Virus record (IMG/VR): IMGVR_UViG_3300033148_003376
Location: 39,594 to 103,593 of that record
Length of the DNA stretch: 64,000 nt
From: a virus
Direction: 5' to 3' (one strand)
Shown here: positions 1-10,119 of the stretch, piece by piece
Numbering within the stretch: the first letter of the stretch is position 1
Layout: every line of letters starts with the position of its first letter
Position numbers and translations under genes: made by a program
Notes under the pieces: generated by a model
Databases searched by the model: none
Told to the model about the DNA's origin: nothing
The model's input: only the letters and a program-made list of their open reading frames with translations

Positions 1-520
1 TATCTTCGTCCTCGATGGATCCGATGATAGTCTCCTCTAGCGAGTTTATGACACCGTGTACTTCCTCGTCGTCGAAGATAATACCTACGATCTCCTCGAT
101 GTCTTCTTCACGAGCAATGCCGATAACCGATTCATCGTCGACAATGCCTATAACGTTTTCAGAACAAAGCGAGATGAACGACGACGACTGTGCTTTCAGC
201 TTTTCGATCTCTTCGAGAATATGTGACGAAGCCGTATCATATCGATAAATATCTTCCCCGGCATTGTATGTGATATCTCGTTCCGTATACCCGGCGTCAC
301 GAAAGATCTCATAAACAGCTCTGATCTCAAAGACGTCCGGAGGGAAAACAAGAGCTGACTCATGGAAATATGAATAAGTCCCATCTCCGTTTCCAGCCAT
401 GGGAATAGGATCTGGTTTCCAAAGGGATCCGTCCGGTGCTTTGAGACGTGCTCGAACAAACCTATTGGTTTCGAGATGGCCAAGAACGAGATGTAAAACG
501 ATTGGATCCCCGGCTTGCAT
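1..520 (-). CDS. hypothetical protein, partial (runs off left end)
   Basis: Not in the ORF track because it has no stop in the window. Read manually: ATG at 520 abuts the stop of 521..1216; open frame MQAGDPIVLHLVLG...; acidic C-terminal part with repeated (V/I)xG(I/V)(I/V)xxEE-like units. Confidence 0.75.
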   Translation of the reverse strand, partial: MQAGDPIVLHLVLGHLETNRFVRARLKAPDGSLWKPDPIPMAGNGDGTYSYFHESALVFPPDVFEIRAVYEIFRDAGYTERDITYNAGEDIYRYDTASSHILEEIEKLKAQSSSFISLCSENVIGIVDDESVIGIAREEDIEEIVGIIFDDEEVHGVINSLEETIIGSIEDED

Positions 521-1216
521 CTAGTTTTCCTCATGCCCTATCGTTCTCGCCTTTACTCGACAATTGTCATCTCCAACTGATCCGCTGACATTCAAACGGA
601 TTGTCGGATCTATTCCATCTCCAGCGTCCGTGTCGATATGTCCTTGATAGCTGCAGCATTCGTGGAATGGTTCCACTCCTACGGCATAGACACCACCGAT
701 TGCCTTCCATTCATCGTTTAATTTTATCTCAATTTCAGCGCAGAGATTCTTGCCAGGTTCATTGATGTATCCATATAGGATGATATCCGTGATGTCTACG
801 TGCTTACCATCTGCCGGTGTCCATATATCCTTGATTTCTGCCTTATCGGTATTAGCTCCTTTAATCTCTGAATAATCCTTCCGGATATGAATGTTCGCGT
901 ACTTATTGGAGTCATGTGTAGGATTGTTAAAATTTCCAGGATTGTTCTTGTCTTCATAAAGTGGTTTACTTTCACGAACAATATTTCCTTTTAACCACTT
1001 GTCTCCCTCTGCAGGATCTGTCAAATCTTCGGTTCCATCGGTAATCAGTATCTTTGCCGGATTTGACCAAAGATGTTGATTCACCTTCGAGTTATTAGCG
1101 AATGCTTCGCGTTCGAATTCCGTTTGGATCGTATAGTATTCACCAGGCTGAATAACATGGGTTAAATAGTCGTCTTCTATCTCTTGTATATTTTTAACTT
1201 TGACCGTATCGTTCAT
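521..1216 (-). CDS. hypothetical protein, probably virion-associated
   Basis: 231 aa ORF tightly coupled to neighbours in the structural operon. Confidence 0.7.
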   Translation of the reverse strand: MNDTVKVKNIQEIEDDYLTHVIQPGEYYTIQTEFEREAFANNSKVNQHLWSNPAKILITDGTEDLTDPAEGDKWLKGNIVRESKPLYEDKNNPGNFNNPTHDSNKYANIHIRKDYSEIKGANTDKAEIKDIWTPADGKHVDITDIILYGYINEPGKNLCAEIEIKLNDEWKAIGGVYAVGVEPFHECCSYQGHIDTDAGDGIDPTIRLNVSGSVGDDNCRVKARTIGHEEN

Positions 1217-1219
1217 CTG

Positions 1220-2044
1220 CTACCTTTTCGCTACAATTACTTTGATTTTCGTTTTAGCTGGTTTAAGTCCGCTTTTATATGTGATTCTACAACCTAAACC
1301 ATCACCTGCATCAAGGCTGATATTGAGTTCTTTATTGAGATATCCACGATCCCCACTGATTACATCAGGAGCTGAATCACTGTCGTATATTAGAGTGATA
1401 GTATCATCCATTTTAGCTTTATATATTCTAACTCTGAAAATTCCGGTTTTATGTCCAATGCTATTTGACCAGGCAAATCGTCTGAAGTATATGTCATAAG
1501 CTGTTGGCTCGTATACATCGTTAGATGCTACATTGAAAAAAGACTGTAAATAATCGTCCTGGATGTTATTGGACTGAGTACCGAATTCAAATGAATCGGT
1601 ATCATTTTCAATGGCACCGGACTTGGCATACTCAATAGCATGTTGTGCGGTATTTGCTGGTAGTGGCCAACCAAGGTATGTGTTTTCAAAACCGATGATC
1701 TGGGTACCAGCCCGGTAGTAGATCTCACCGTTACCACTGGTCGCATCGAGTATGGCTTCTTTGACTTTTAATATGAACCACGATTGGCCAGAACCGACGA
1801 CTTCGTCAATCGTGTAAACCCCGGTAGCCACTCCAGTTGTGATTTTCAACCAATCCCATTCAGCGACTTGGGGAAGCTTGAAATCGACACTTGTAACGAA
1901 CGTGACAGTCTTCGTCGCTGCTACAACAGATACTATGGTCAGTGATGGCTGAAATGGAGAATGAGCGAACCCTTGAGACCAGAGTTCGTCCTCGTCGACC
2001 ATAGAAAGATCGGCCATGTCTTGTTTGTTGAGACGATTGACCAT
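1220..2044 (-). CDS. hypothetical protein, probably virion-associated
   Basis: 274 aa, beta-rich composition, 1-nt overlap with upstream ORF. Confidence 0.7.
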   Translation of the reverse strand: MVNRLNKQDMADLSMVDEDELWSQGFAHSPFQPSLTIVSVVAATKTVTFVTSVDFKLPQVAEWDWLKITTGVATGVYTIDEVVGSGQSWFILKVKEAILDATSGNGEIYYRAGTQIIGFENTYLGWPLPANTAQHAIEYAKSGAIENDTDSFEFGTQSNNIQDDYLQSFFNVASNDVYEPTAYDIYFRRFAWSNSIGHKTGIFRVRIYKAKMDDTITLIYDSDSAPDVISGDRGYLNKELNISLDAGDGLGCRITYKSGLKPAKTKIKVIVAKR

Positions 2045-2490
2045 TACTTCTTGGTGGTCCTTTTACACGGAGTGACCTTCTTCTTGGTCACCGGTTTCTT
2101 CGTCGGTGCTTTCTTCTGTGCTGTCAGACGATTCTTCTCAGCCTCGTACTTTTTCCGATCATCGCGCTCTTTGAGTTCCTTGTCGATGAAATTCTGAACA
2201 GCTCTTTGAACTTCGAGAGCTTGTGCGATGTAGACTTCACCTTTGGCAATGTTGAGTGCAAGTTGACGATTGGTATTTTCGAGTTTCACCGCAAAGGATC
2301 TGGCATAACTTTCGAACACACAAATCGAACCGACATCGAGAACACCCAAATCCTTTGCTTTTTCGAGCGTCCGTTTGAGCGTTCCTATGTTCGCATTGAA
2401 CTTGTACAGGTCAAAACTCGGAACCGCTTGTGGTTGTCTTCCATCTGCCATGCCATTAATCTCCCATCCAGCGGGTGGACCGAAGTCCAC
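2044..2490 (-). CDS. hypothetical coiled-coil protein with basic tail
   Basis: 148 aa, GTG start, Lys-rich C-terminus (KKAPTKKPVTKKKVTP). Confidence 0.65.
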   Translation of the reverse strand: MDFGPPAGWEINGMADGRQPQAVPSFDLYKFNANIGTLKRTLEKAKDLGVLDVGSICVFESYARSFAVKLENTNRQLALNIAKGEVYIAQALEVQRAVQNFIDKELKERDDRKKYEAEKNRLTAQKKAPTKKPVTKKKVTPCKRTTKK

Positions 2491-2503
2491 CCTATGTTAC
2501 TTA

Positions 2504-4390
2504 TCAAGTGTCATCGTAAATGCGAAGAACAACGACTTCACCAGGATTGACTTGAGTCCAGAAACGAATCTGGGTATTGGACACTTCTTCATACTGTTGG
2601 TCATCGAGTACCGCACTCGTATCGTGAACCAAATCGCGACCACGGAGATCGACACTCATATGGAGACCGCGATATCCAGTATCCATCTTGTAGGTCGAGA
2701 CGGACGGATCAGAACCAGTGGCAAATGGAATCGTCCAGGCTGTTCCTTTGGGGATTGGAGTTCCTACCGGTACCACGTAGATGATCTTGGTCATGACCAT
2801 TCCACCAGACGCTCGCTTGTCGAGTTCGTTGATGGAAGACGTGACTGTTTCACCATCGGTGACGACGTTGTTCTCGTCATACGTCAGATTTCCGATGATA
2901 TCATTTAGGGCATTGAAAGCGTCTTCGGCTGTGTCAGGATCGTCCTTGAATGCGTAGAAATCGGTGGTATTGTTCCAATCCCAATCACCAGCGACTTCAC
3001 CGTCTGCAACACCGAGCATCGACCACAGATGTTGCATCTCCTCGTGGGATTCGGCGTCACCCAAGACGCTTCCGATCCACTGACGACGACCATCGGCTTC
3101 GTCTCTCTCGATCCATTTGATTCGTTTTGGCAGAAGGAAGAAGATCGACGTCGGATCTGGATCGTCGCCGGTCATATCGAGAGTATAAGCGCCAGACGCG
3201 TCAAACAACTTGACTTGAACGTCGGTACCTTCACCGAGAGCGGTATAGGTATAGACGATGCCTTCGACAACTCCGAAAAGCTGGAGAGTAGCATCGTTAC
3301 CGGATGGAACCTGGAGTTCGACCTCGCTTGCTCCCGTGATGACTAGCTGTCCAGAAACATCGACTGCAGGTGTACCAGCGAGAGCCGCATTGATATTAGA
3401 AATCACGGTAGCAAGGGAATATGACCCACCGACACCAAGATCTCCCGTTACGTCGACCTCGACTGCGCCAGCGTCGTCGACATCTACCTTGATATTGTAA
3501 TTGCTCGTATCGAGAGCGGCGAGGTTCAAACCCTTGCCATAGACAGCCGCGTAGGTCGAATCGGCACCGTCGATAAGCTTGCCAAAGACTACCGACCCGT
3601 TGGAACCGAGAAATTCTTCTTTGGAAACCATGTCGATGACATCGACTTTGACGTACTTATCAGCCGCGCCTTCATCGTGATAGGTATTTCCAGCCGATTC
3701 GAAGATGAGTAGACCGCGACGATCGGCCGCGTCCGCGTATCCAAGATCGCTTTTGACCTGGACAGTGCCATCTCCCTGTTTGACTGGGTAAGACGCTCCG
3801 TCGTTATCGTAGATGACCGGCTGAAGATCGGTTTGGGTTCCGAGCCAGTTATCAGCCAGAACCTTGAGAGACAGCTTCTCGTTCTTGACTGAACCTGCGT
3901 CGGTATCAGCGGCGTCAAAACCACGCGGCATTGGTTGTGCCCAGATAGGAGACCCGTGAGTCGGATCAATGATCTCAGCAAGCTGGGTCATGACCAGATT
4001 TTCTTGGTCTTCCATGTTGGGTTCGTTATGGATTTTCCACGCGAGACCCGATTCACTTGCAGCGAGATCCGGAGAAATCGATACATTTGATGCATCAATC
4101 CAGCCGGTGATCTTGTAGAATCCGGCATTTCCGACACCTGACGTCGGGATGTAGATCCATTTTTGAACATGTGCTCGGGTGAATCCAGCCAGTGTAGTAT
4201 CCCGGAATTTACCGAGATCCGCACCGTCAGAACCGTTAGCGCCTGTCAGGATCGAAATCCCGACTTTTTCCGCGATGATAGCTTTTTCAGCTTCGGTGAT
4301 ATCATCCTTGTAATTGACGTTCGAAGAAACGTCTTCCCGCGGATTCACTCTGTTCGCAAGTTCTTCGGTGTGTACTCCTGAAAAAGCCAT
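2504..4390 (-). CDS. putative virion structural protein
   Basis: 628 aa acidic, Gly/Asp/Thr-rich ORF in the tail/fibre region. Confidence 0.7.
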   Translation of the reverse strand: MAFSGVHTEELANRVNPREDVSSNVNYKDDITEAEKAIIAEKVGISILTGANGSDGADLGKFRDTTLAGFTRAHVQKWIYIPTSGVGNAGFYKITGWIDASNVSISPDLAASESGLAWKIHNEPNMEDQENLVMTQLAEIIDPTHGSPIWAQPMPRGFDAADTDAGSVKNEKLSLKVLADNWLGTQTDLQPVIYDNDGASYPVKQGDGTVQVKSDLGYADAADRRGLLIFESAGNTYHDEGAADKYVKVDVIDMVSKEEFLGSNGSVVFGKLIDGADSTYAAVYGKGLNLAALDTSNYNIKVDVDDAGAVEVDVTGDLGVGGSYSLATVISNINAALAGTPAVDVSGQLVITGASEVELQVPSGNDATLQLFGVVEGIVYTYTALGEGTDVQVKLFDASGAYTLDMTGDDPDPTSIFFLLPKRIKWIERDEADGRRQWIGSVLGDAESHEEMQHLWSMLGVADGEVAGDWDWNNTTDFYAFKDDPDTAEDAFNALNDIIGNLTYDENNVVTDGETVTSSINELDKRASGGMVMTKIIYVVPVGTPIPKGTAWTIPFATGSDPSVSTYKMDTGYRGLHMSVDLRGRDLVHDTSAVLDDQQYEEVSNTQIRFWTQVNPGEVVVLRIYDDT

Positions 4391-4412
4391 GACGATCCCC
4401 CGTCGAAGTGAT

Positions 4413-4691
4413 TTATACTCGTGTAAAGTTATTCATCCACAGAAAATCCTGTGGATATGGTGGTCTGTAGAAGTCTATCGCAGTGCCAGTTTTATCCGTA
4501 TGGATTACATCGAAATCGATACCATCATACATCTCTCGACCGTTTCGTATGATCATAGGACGAACATACTCAGCCGGATCGTAATAAAATGAAAATGGTG
4601 GCGTGAACAGCGTGTTCGTTTCGTCCTTGTCCCCACTCAGTGGAACGTTGTTTAGGAGTGCGAACGCGCCAATTTTCTGTGCAACAGCCAA
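4413..4691 (-). CDS. small hypothetical (putative virion) protein
   Basis: 92 aa ORF, operon context. Confidence 0.65.
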   Translation of the reverse strand: MAVAQKIGAFALLNNVPLSGDKDETNTLFTPPFSFYYDPAEYVRPMIIRNGREMYDGIDFDVIHTDKTGTAIDFYRPPYPQDFLWMNNFTRV

Positions 4692-4694
4692 TGG

Positions 4695-5009
4695 TCATAA
4701 GCCTTTTGGTCTTTTCTTTTTGTTTTTGGAATTCTTTCGGATCTCGTCTATCTCGGAGACAGCTTCGTCGTGTCTGTCTTGGATCTCTTCGTTTGTTGTG
4801 ACAGTCGACGACTGGTCTTCTATCTTTTTTTCGTCGGTTTGTTTTTTGATGTAAGCTTTGTTTTGCTTGTATTTCAGGTATCCGAATACGAGGAAAAATA
4901 AACCTACGATCCCAGCAATAACAACGCCTGACCATCCAGACGAAAATGTGTCTGACAATTTCCCGAGTACAGTTTCGAAATCTGTTCCATTCACAGTGCC
5001 CACTCCCAT
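4695..5009 (-). CDS. single-pass membrane protein with charged coiled-coil tail (spanin/holin-like candidate)
   Basis: TM segment GVVIAGIVGLFFLVFGYL followed by a charged helical tail. Confidence 0.55.
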   Translation of the reverse strand: MGVGTVNGTDFETVLGKLSDTFSSGWSGVVIAGIVGLFFLVFGYLKYKQNKAYIKKQTDEKKIEDQSSTVTTNEEIQDRHDEAVSEIDEIRKNSKNKKKRPKGL

Positions 5010-5920
5010 GTACCTCGATCGTACGTACCGATGACGAGTCGTCCTTTGATAGTGATAAGTCGTAGTGTGTATTTTTCGTCTACTTTGAACTTTTTGAACG
5101 TCACCGAGTTCGTGATCGCGTAACGGCGATTGAGAACAACAATCGAAACAGCTTCATCACCGTAAACGGACAGACTGTCGTTTTCTATTTTTATATCTGG
5201 AATTGGGAGAGGGATGTAATCCTTATTGTACTTTGCGACCAATACAGTAAAGAGATGGTCGGCGTACACCGGAGAAATGACGACGCCTTCAAGAATACAC
5301 GGCGTCATTACTGTCTGAGAAACGACATCATTGATATCGACTTCAACGAAGCCTTCTTCAAGAGGATACTTTTCATTGTATGACTTCCCACATCCTCGGA
5401 AGTAAACATCTACCTCTCCATCACCACCGATTTTCATTTTAAGGAGTTTAGACAAGGTTCCGGGAGTCTTGAAAATGTCTCCGGTCCAATCGTCTCCTTC
5501 GTCAACTGCTTTGATGGTGATATGACCTTGCATCGAGCGAACGATGAGTTTACTCTTATGCTGCTTAGGCAACACTGGAGTCATCGTCACTGTGATAGTA
5601 CAGCTTTTGTTGGCCTTGCCTTGCAATGGGATCTTGATGTACTGGGATCTTCGATAGTTCTTGAGAAAATCGACACTACAGGCTTTTGAGTAGGCTCTTA
5701 GTGTGCCCTTGTAATAGGCATAGACTGAGATCTTTACCTTTGAAAGATCCGATCCCGTCTCGACCTTGCATAAGGCAAGACCGTTTGAGATCTTGCCACA
5801 TGCAGAGATTTCGAGAGTAGGAAAATTCGCGTCAATGGATGAGATGACAGGATCGTCACTGAGACGTGCCAGACATCCATTGAACACGAGAAAAATGAGA
5901 ACGGTCGTGAGTATTCTCAC
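4991..5920 (-). CDS. putative lipoprotein
   Basis: GGAGG upstream of GTG at 5920 (GTGA overlap with the upstream stop); N-terminus MRILTTVLIFLVFNGC is a hydrophobic stretch ending in a lipobox-like NGC. Confidence 0.55.
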   Translation of the reverse strand: MRILTTVLIFLVFNGCLARLSDDPVISSIDANFPTLEISACGKISNGLALCKVETGSDLSKVKISVYAYYKGTLRAYSKACSVDFLKNYRRSQYIKIPLQGKANKSCTITVTMTPVLPKQHKSKLIVRSMQGHITIKAVDEGDDWTGDIFKTPGTLSKLLKMKIGGDGEVDVYFRGCGKSYNEKYPLEEGFVEVDINDVVSQTVMTPCILEGVVISPVYADHLFTVLVAKYNKDYIPLPIPDIKIENDSLSVYGDEAVSIVVLNRRYAITNSVTFKKFKVDEKYTLRLITIKGRLVIGTYDRGTWEWAL

Positions 5921-6390
5921 TTCGTCTCCTCCGGTTTTTTGAGCCATTTACCAACCCAGTCGAGAAATCCGCCTACTTTCGGACCCACACCCGGGATCTC
6001 TTTGACGGCCTTGAAAAGCTGGTGAAGAGCCATGGCACCTACACCGGTTGTCATCGTAAGAATGACTGCATTTGCGGACCAGTCTGTGACACCGAGAAGC
6101 ACAACAGCGAGTGAGAGTAATGCTGGGACTAGGAACTTGATGTACTTCGGGAATTTGTCCCAAAGGTATTTCCGAAAGAGACTGTTTTTGATGAGTCCGA
6201 TGAAAACGACGATGACTGCCGAGAGACCCGCTTGCCATCCGAGACTTTGCCAGGTATAGACAGCCTGGATAGATCCATCGAGAATCTCGTCGACAGGAAA
6301 ACCCTGTTCTACTGTCTGTGCCAGAATTGTAATGGGTGTAAGGATTGCGACTATCACCAGAGTGAGAAGAGAGAAGAGTCTTGTTTTCAT
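5917..6390 (-). CDS. multi-pass membrane protein (holin-like candidate)
   Basis: AGGAGG before ATG at 6390; N-terminal hydrophobic segment plus about three further TM segments. Confidence 0.6.
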   Translation of the reverse strand: MKTRLFSLLTLVIVAILTPITILAQTVEQGFPVDEILDGSIQAVYTWQSLGWQAGLSAVIVVFIGLIKNSLFRKYLWDKFPKYIKFLVPALLSLAVVLLGVTDWSANAVILTMTTGVGAMALHQLFKAVKEIPGVGPKVGGFLDWVGKWLKKPEETK

Positions 6391-6532
6391 GTATGTCCTC
6401 CTGGATAATGTTTTCAAATTAACAATAAAACATAAAAATTTATTCTATGGTACGTCACCGAGTACCAGCCAAGACGTGAAGATGAATCCGATACCTGGTA
6501 ATGTCGAAAAGTGTTATTTTTTTTTGTTTCTG

Positions 6533-8380
6533 CTAATCAGCCCACGCCATTTTGCCGGTTGCTTCACAATCCCCATATACCATGAACGATGTCAACGAGC
6601 CCCCAGAGAATCGTACAAATATTGTGCCCGCGCCATTATCGCAACGTGCCCTAACGAAAGCGTCGATATTAGTTGTGTTTTGCCCCGCAGTTACTGCCTG
6701 TCCGCCTTCATATCCACTAGCAAAAGTCGTTCCCGACATTACTAGTGTGAAGGTAGAAGTTGCTGTTAGTGTAAAACCTATTTGAAATTTGACCCACCAA
6801 ATATCGCCAACTTTTTTATATGGTGTGAAAGTGCCTTTTGTAAGAGTAAACCCTGCATCATCAGAACACACTTCAAGCGTGGAATCATCAGATGGGCAAT
6901 TTGCAGCAGCCCCACCATCAACAGCAATATAATCTTTTCTACCAAGCTCCGTATCCCTTGGATGGGAATTACCAATGAAACTGGGCAAAGCCATCGCATC
7001 AGGCCCTGGTCCAACCACGATATCAGCAAAATCAGAAGCATCAAAAGCACCTGCTCCCCAGTCTACACAAATTGTATCTGAGTCCAGCTTGACAATTGCT
7101 TTGTCTAGGAAGGCATCGGCAGCGGTCAATACCCCAATAAGAATACCTAAAGAATTATCCCAATATTCTATTCGGATTCCGGCAAAAGTAGGATCGATCG
7201 TTGTTGTAACGTCTGAGTAGCCTGCTTCGCAATCAGTCGTTCCACCTGCGCTTGTGACTCTGATCGTCTCGCTATTGGTTCCGGTTGCTACGCCGCTTGT
7301 GTTGCTTGTCCATCCTGTAATTGGGACGGTTGCCCAGCATTCTATAAAGTCAGTATTAGCCCATGTGAATGGTACTGTGGCACTTAAAAGCGTCGCTTTT
7401 TCATATGTCGTCTGATCTTCGAGGATCGTTACCCATAGACTGTTTGAATCGGCGTATTTGGTCTGCCCTATATAAGATGCTGTCCCAGTATCGCTAAGGT
7501 GACATTGACCCTCTACGACTGTCGGAGTACCGGAGTATTTGGATGTGTCTATCGTATAGCCCGATGGTAAATCAAAAGTTAGTGCAGTGTCATCGGGGGC
7601 ACCGCTTAGAGACACTCTGATTCTCAACTTCATCTCTTCGCCTACTCGATTCCAATATCCATCTACAGTTGTGTTTGCCGACCAAGTTGCTCCCGGTGTA
7701 TAATTCGTCCAGTCCGAAGCATTGAAGGTCTTCACATTCGCCCACGACACGCTGTCTTCCGGCCTTTCGTCATACATGACAGACCAATTCGTAGTACCCA
7801 CGGCAGTCCTGACAATACCTATCTTGACGTACCTCTCAGGATTCGGATTTCCCGATGTATTGAGCCATGCCACAAAATTGGTATCTTCGATTTGGTAACA
7901 CGTTCGTTCAGAATCAGTCGTAGTGGTTTCCGTCAATCCGTGTGTATCGAAACCGAATCCATATCTGGAGTCTACAGCCAATGCGTCCAAAAACGTCACA
8001 TCTCCTTGAGTAACACTTACATCGGTAGCAATATGTGCTTCAGTCGTACAAGGAGATGCATCGCAGGTGCAGAACAAGGTACCATTGTGGCGTTTCGTTC
8101 CACTTTTGACATTGACCACTGTGAGACTACCATACATTGGTTTGAACGATGAGTCGCCTGACGCGCCCCAAGAGGGAATCCCATATCCATCCGTGATGAG
8201 ACATTGGCCAGCTTCTCCACCTTCGCTCGACGATCCCAAGGATATCTTGCCAAGTTTAAACAGTCCTTTTCCCCGCATGTTGATACTTCGTTTCATAGGA
8301 GCTGCAGTATTCGGAACAGCAACAGCCCCAGTCAGAAACGGTAGAAACATAAAAAGAATCAGAAATTTCATGTATTGCAT
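6533..8380 (-). CDS. fibre/receptor-binding-like protein with N-terminal signal-like peptide
   Basis: 615 aa, GGAGG RBS; Thr/Gly-rich; fibre-like motifs (AGQCLITDGYGIPSW; WTNYTPGATW...GYWNRVGEEM); N-terminus MKFLILFMFLPFLTGAVA. Confidence 0.55.
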   Translation of the reverse strand: MQYMKFLILFMFLPFLTGAVAVPNTAAPMKRSINMRGKGLFKLGKISLGSSSEGGEAGQCLITDGYGIPSWGASGDSSFKPMYGSLTVVNVKSGTKRHNGTLFCTCDASPCTTEAHIATDVSVTQGDVTFLDALAVDSRYGFGFDTHGLTETTTTDSERTCYQIEDTNFVAWLNTSGNPNPERYVKIGIVRTAVGTTNWSVMYDERPEDSVSWANVKTFNASDWTNYTPGATWSANTTVDGYWNRVGEEMKLRIRVSLSGAPDDTALTFDLPSGYTIDTSKYSGTPTVVEGQCHLSDTGTASYIGQTKYADSNSLWVTILEDQTTYEKATLLSATVPFTWANTDFIECWATVPITGWTSNTSGVATGTNSETIRVTSAGGTTDCEAGYSDVTTTIDPTFAGIRIEYWDNSLGILIGVLTAADAFLDKAIVKLDSDTICVDWGAGAFDASDFADIVVGPGPDAMALPSFIGNSHPRDTELGRKDYIAVDGGAAANCPSDDSTLEVCSDDAGFTLTKGTFTPYKKVGDIWWVKFQIGFTLTATSTFTLVMSGTTFASGYEGGQAVTAGQNTTNIDAFVRARCDNGAGTIFVRFSGGSLTSFMVYGDCEATGKMAWAD

Positions 8381-8413
8381 TTATGACCTCCAAAAGATTT
8401 GTATATAAATACC

Positions 8414-8440
8414 AAAAGAGACTCGGCTAAAGACTCTCTA
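8414..8440 (-). terminator. possible intrinsic terminator after 8438..9499
   Basis: Minus strand AGAGAGTC-7nt-GAGTCTCT followed by Ts; stem has one mismatch. Confidence 0.35.
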
Positions 8441-9499
8441 TTCTACCTCTTTTACCAATACACGGAAATTACCGTCTTCATTAACTTCTGTGTTGAGTCT
8501 AACAGTATTCGCATCTGGCGCAGTTCTTCTGAATGTCTCCGTGACATCTTCGTAGTTGCCGTCTTTGTCGAGAATCCTGACAACCGACTTCTCAGCATTC
8601 AGATTTTTCTCGCTCGTGTCAATGTCTTTTTGAGACTGATTTGTAAACGTCACATCCCAATACCCCGACGCTTCACCAGCTTGAACTTCGAAAACCAAAA
8701 CCCGAAGATTCAGGGTTTCTGCATCTTCGGTCGCGAGTCTTACAGTATTCGCATCTGGTGCAGTCCGTTTGAATGTCTCCGTGATGTCTTCATAATTGTT
8801 ATCGACGTCAAGAATGTGAGCAATACACTTCTGAGCGTTGATATTGTGTGCGCCAACGTTGACATCTTTTTGTGATTCAGCGGTGAACGTGACGAGATAA
8901 GAGTTCGAGAATACTCCCCCACCTCCACCCGCGCCACCGAATGGCAATACTTCGAGGTTGGCTTTCAACGGTGTCTCAAAATTCCATGTACCTGGGGTAC
9001 CATCGTTTTCGAGTCCAATAACAACACGTGTTATCGCTCCAGTAGAGAACAAAGGATCTCCCGCCAATGCGAGTGTATCTCCTTCAGTACCCCAAACGAC
9101 ATACCATTTTCCTCGTGGTGAGTCGCTTCGAAGTTCAAGACCCATCTTGACCCATTTCGACGCAGATATGGATTCTCCGAGTTCGGGATCTGCCGAGAAA
9201 TCCTCGGTCGTATCTCCGTCTGCAATGTCGATCGTACTCTCTACAGGGTCGACATCGGTATTGGAGATCTGTGGCAAACGTAATTTTCTACGAGTCTGTG
9301 TACCACCGGATCCATTTGTTTCGAGTATCGAAACCGTTCCTGGACCTATTGTAATGACAGTATCCGAGAGTGATACCTGGATCGGTTCTCTGAATCTCGC
9401 GTTGAGAAGAGTGGTTTGATTGTCGAGGAGTTCATCCTCTCCTGATCCGATCTCATCACGTACTGCGTCGTCGTGTATTTGATTCAATTGGACTGTCAT
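8438..9499 (-). CDS. putative virion protein with duplicated C-terminal domain
   Basis: 353 aa; two ~80-aa repeats (VTFT..SQKD....NA.K...ILD.D.NYED.TETF.RTAPDANTVRL.TE......RVLV.EV). Confidence 0.7.
   Translation of the reverse strand: MTVQLNQIHDDAVRDEIGSGEDELLDNQTTLLNARFREPIQVSLSDTVITIGPGTVSILETNGSGGTQTRRKLRLPQISNTDVDPVESTIDIADGDTTEDFSADPELGESISASKWVKMGLELRSDSPRGKWYVVWGTEGDTLALAGDPLFSTGAITRVVIGLENDGTPGTWNFETPLKANLEVLPFGGAGGGGGVFSNSYLVTFTAESQKDVNVGAHNINAQKCIAHILDVDNNYEDITETFKRTAPDANTVRLATEDAETLNLRVLVFEVQAGEASGYWDVTFTNQSQKDIDTSEKNLNAEKSVVRILDKDGNYEDVTETFRRTAPDANTVRLNTEVNEDGNFRVLVKEVE
8441..8915. repeat. tandem 240-nt internal duplication
   Basis: acagtattcgcatctgg occurs at ~8502 and ~8742 with similar flanks; period 240 nt. 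Confidence 0.85.
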
Positions 9500-9684
9500 T
9501 TAGTCACCTTCTTTTTGGATCGTTTATGGTCACAATCCTTCGCGTTCAGAAAATATGCATGAAAGATCTCACAGAAATAGACTTTCTTTTTATTTTCGAT
9601 GACGAATGATAGAAACTTGCAGTCATCGCAGTTTTTGAGTTTTTTCTTATACTTACGTGGAGCTGTAGTGATAGTAATAGACAT
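9496..9684 (-). CDS. small basic Cys-rich protein
   Basis: MSITIT...CDDC...C...C; ATGA overlap with the downstream gene. Confidence 0.5.
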   Translation of the reverse strand: MSITITTAPRKYKKKLKNCDDCKFLSFVIENKKKVYFCEIFHAYFLNAKDCDHKRSKKKVTK

Positions 9685-9711
9685 GTAAATTCTCGTGTGC
9701 AAGAAGTGAAT

Positions 9712-10032
9712 TTAGCTCTTCTTGATAAACCTGATTCGTCCATCTTTCGGTACTGCATTTGCAGCCTTGAATATAATTGTAGTCGCCGTTGCTGATACTT
9801 CATAGTCGAACTCAACGCCATCGTGTTGACCAGCCCCGTTGTATTCAACCTGGAGTTCATCTGTCGACGAATCATACGTTTCACCATTCGGGAGTGTAAA
9901 CGTAAGGTGATCAGCCGAATATCCGGAACCAGATACACCAATTGCCGTCGTGACAAGAATGGTCTTGTCATAGTGGGTAATAGTGGTGAGAACCGCTGTA
10001 GGTATTCCATTGACTGTCTGTGTTACTTTCAT
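9712..10032 (-). CDS. small putative virion protein
   Basis: 106 aa; LQVEYNG..Q..G..FDY motif resembling small beta-domains in neighbouring fibre proteins. Confidence 0.65.
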   Translation of the reverse strand: MKVTQTVNGIPTAVLTTITHYDKTILVTTAIGVSGSGYSADHLTFTLPNGETYDSSTDELQVEYNGAGQHDGVEFDYEVSATATTIIFKAANAVPKDGRIRFIKKS

Positions 10033-10050
10033 GAAAATACCCTATTTACA

Positions 10051-10088
10051 TCCCGTCGGATCCCAGTTGTAATAGGGATCCGACGGGA
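10051..10088. other. perfect 14-bp stem-loop downstream of the 511-aa fibre gene
   Basis: tcccgtcggatccc-10nt-gggatccgacggga; no U-tract on the minus strand, so it may be a processing/stability hairpin or a weak terminator. Confidence 0.7.
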
Positions 10089-10119
10089 ACAATTGCAGTC
10101 AGAAAACGTCTACGGAAGA

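Noticed and set aside
196-534. 112-aa minus ORF from the track
   Set aside because: The alternative frame starting at 520 abuts the upstream stop, stays open to the window edge and has more protein-like composition
8441-8915. DGR template/variable repeat pair
   Set aside because: Both copies are in one ORF, differences are not adenine-specific, and no reverse transcriptase is present in the window
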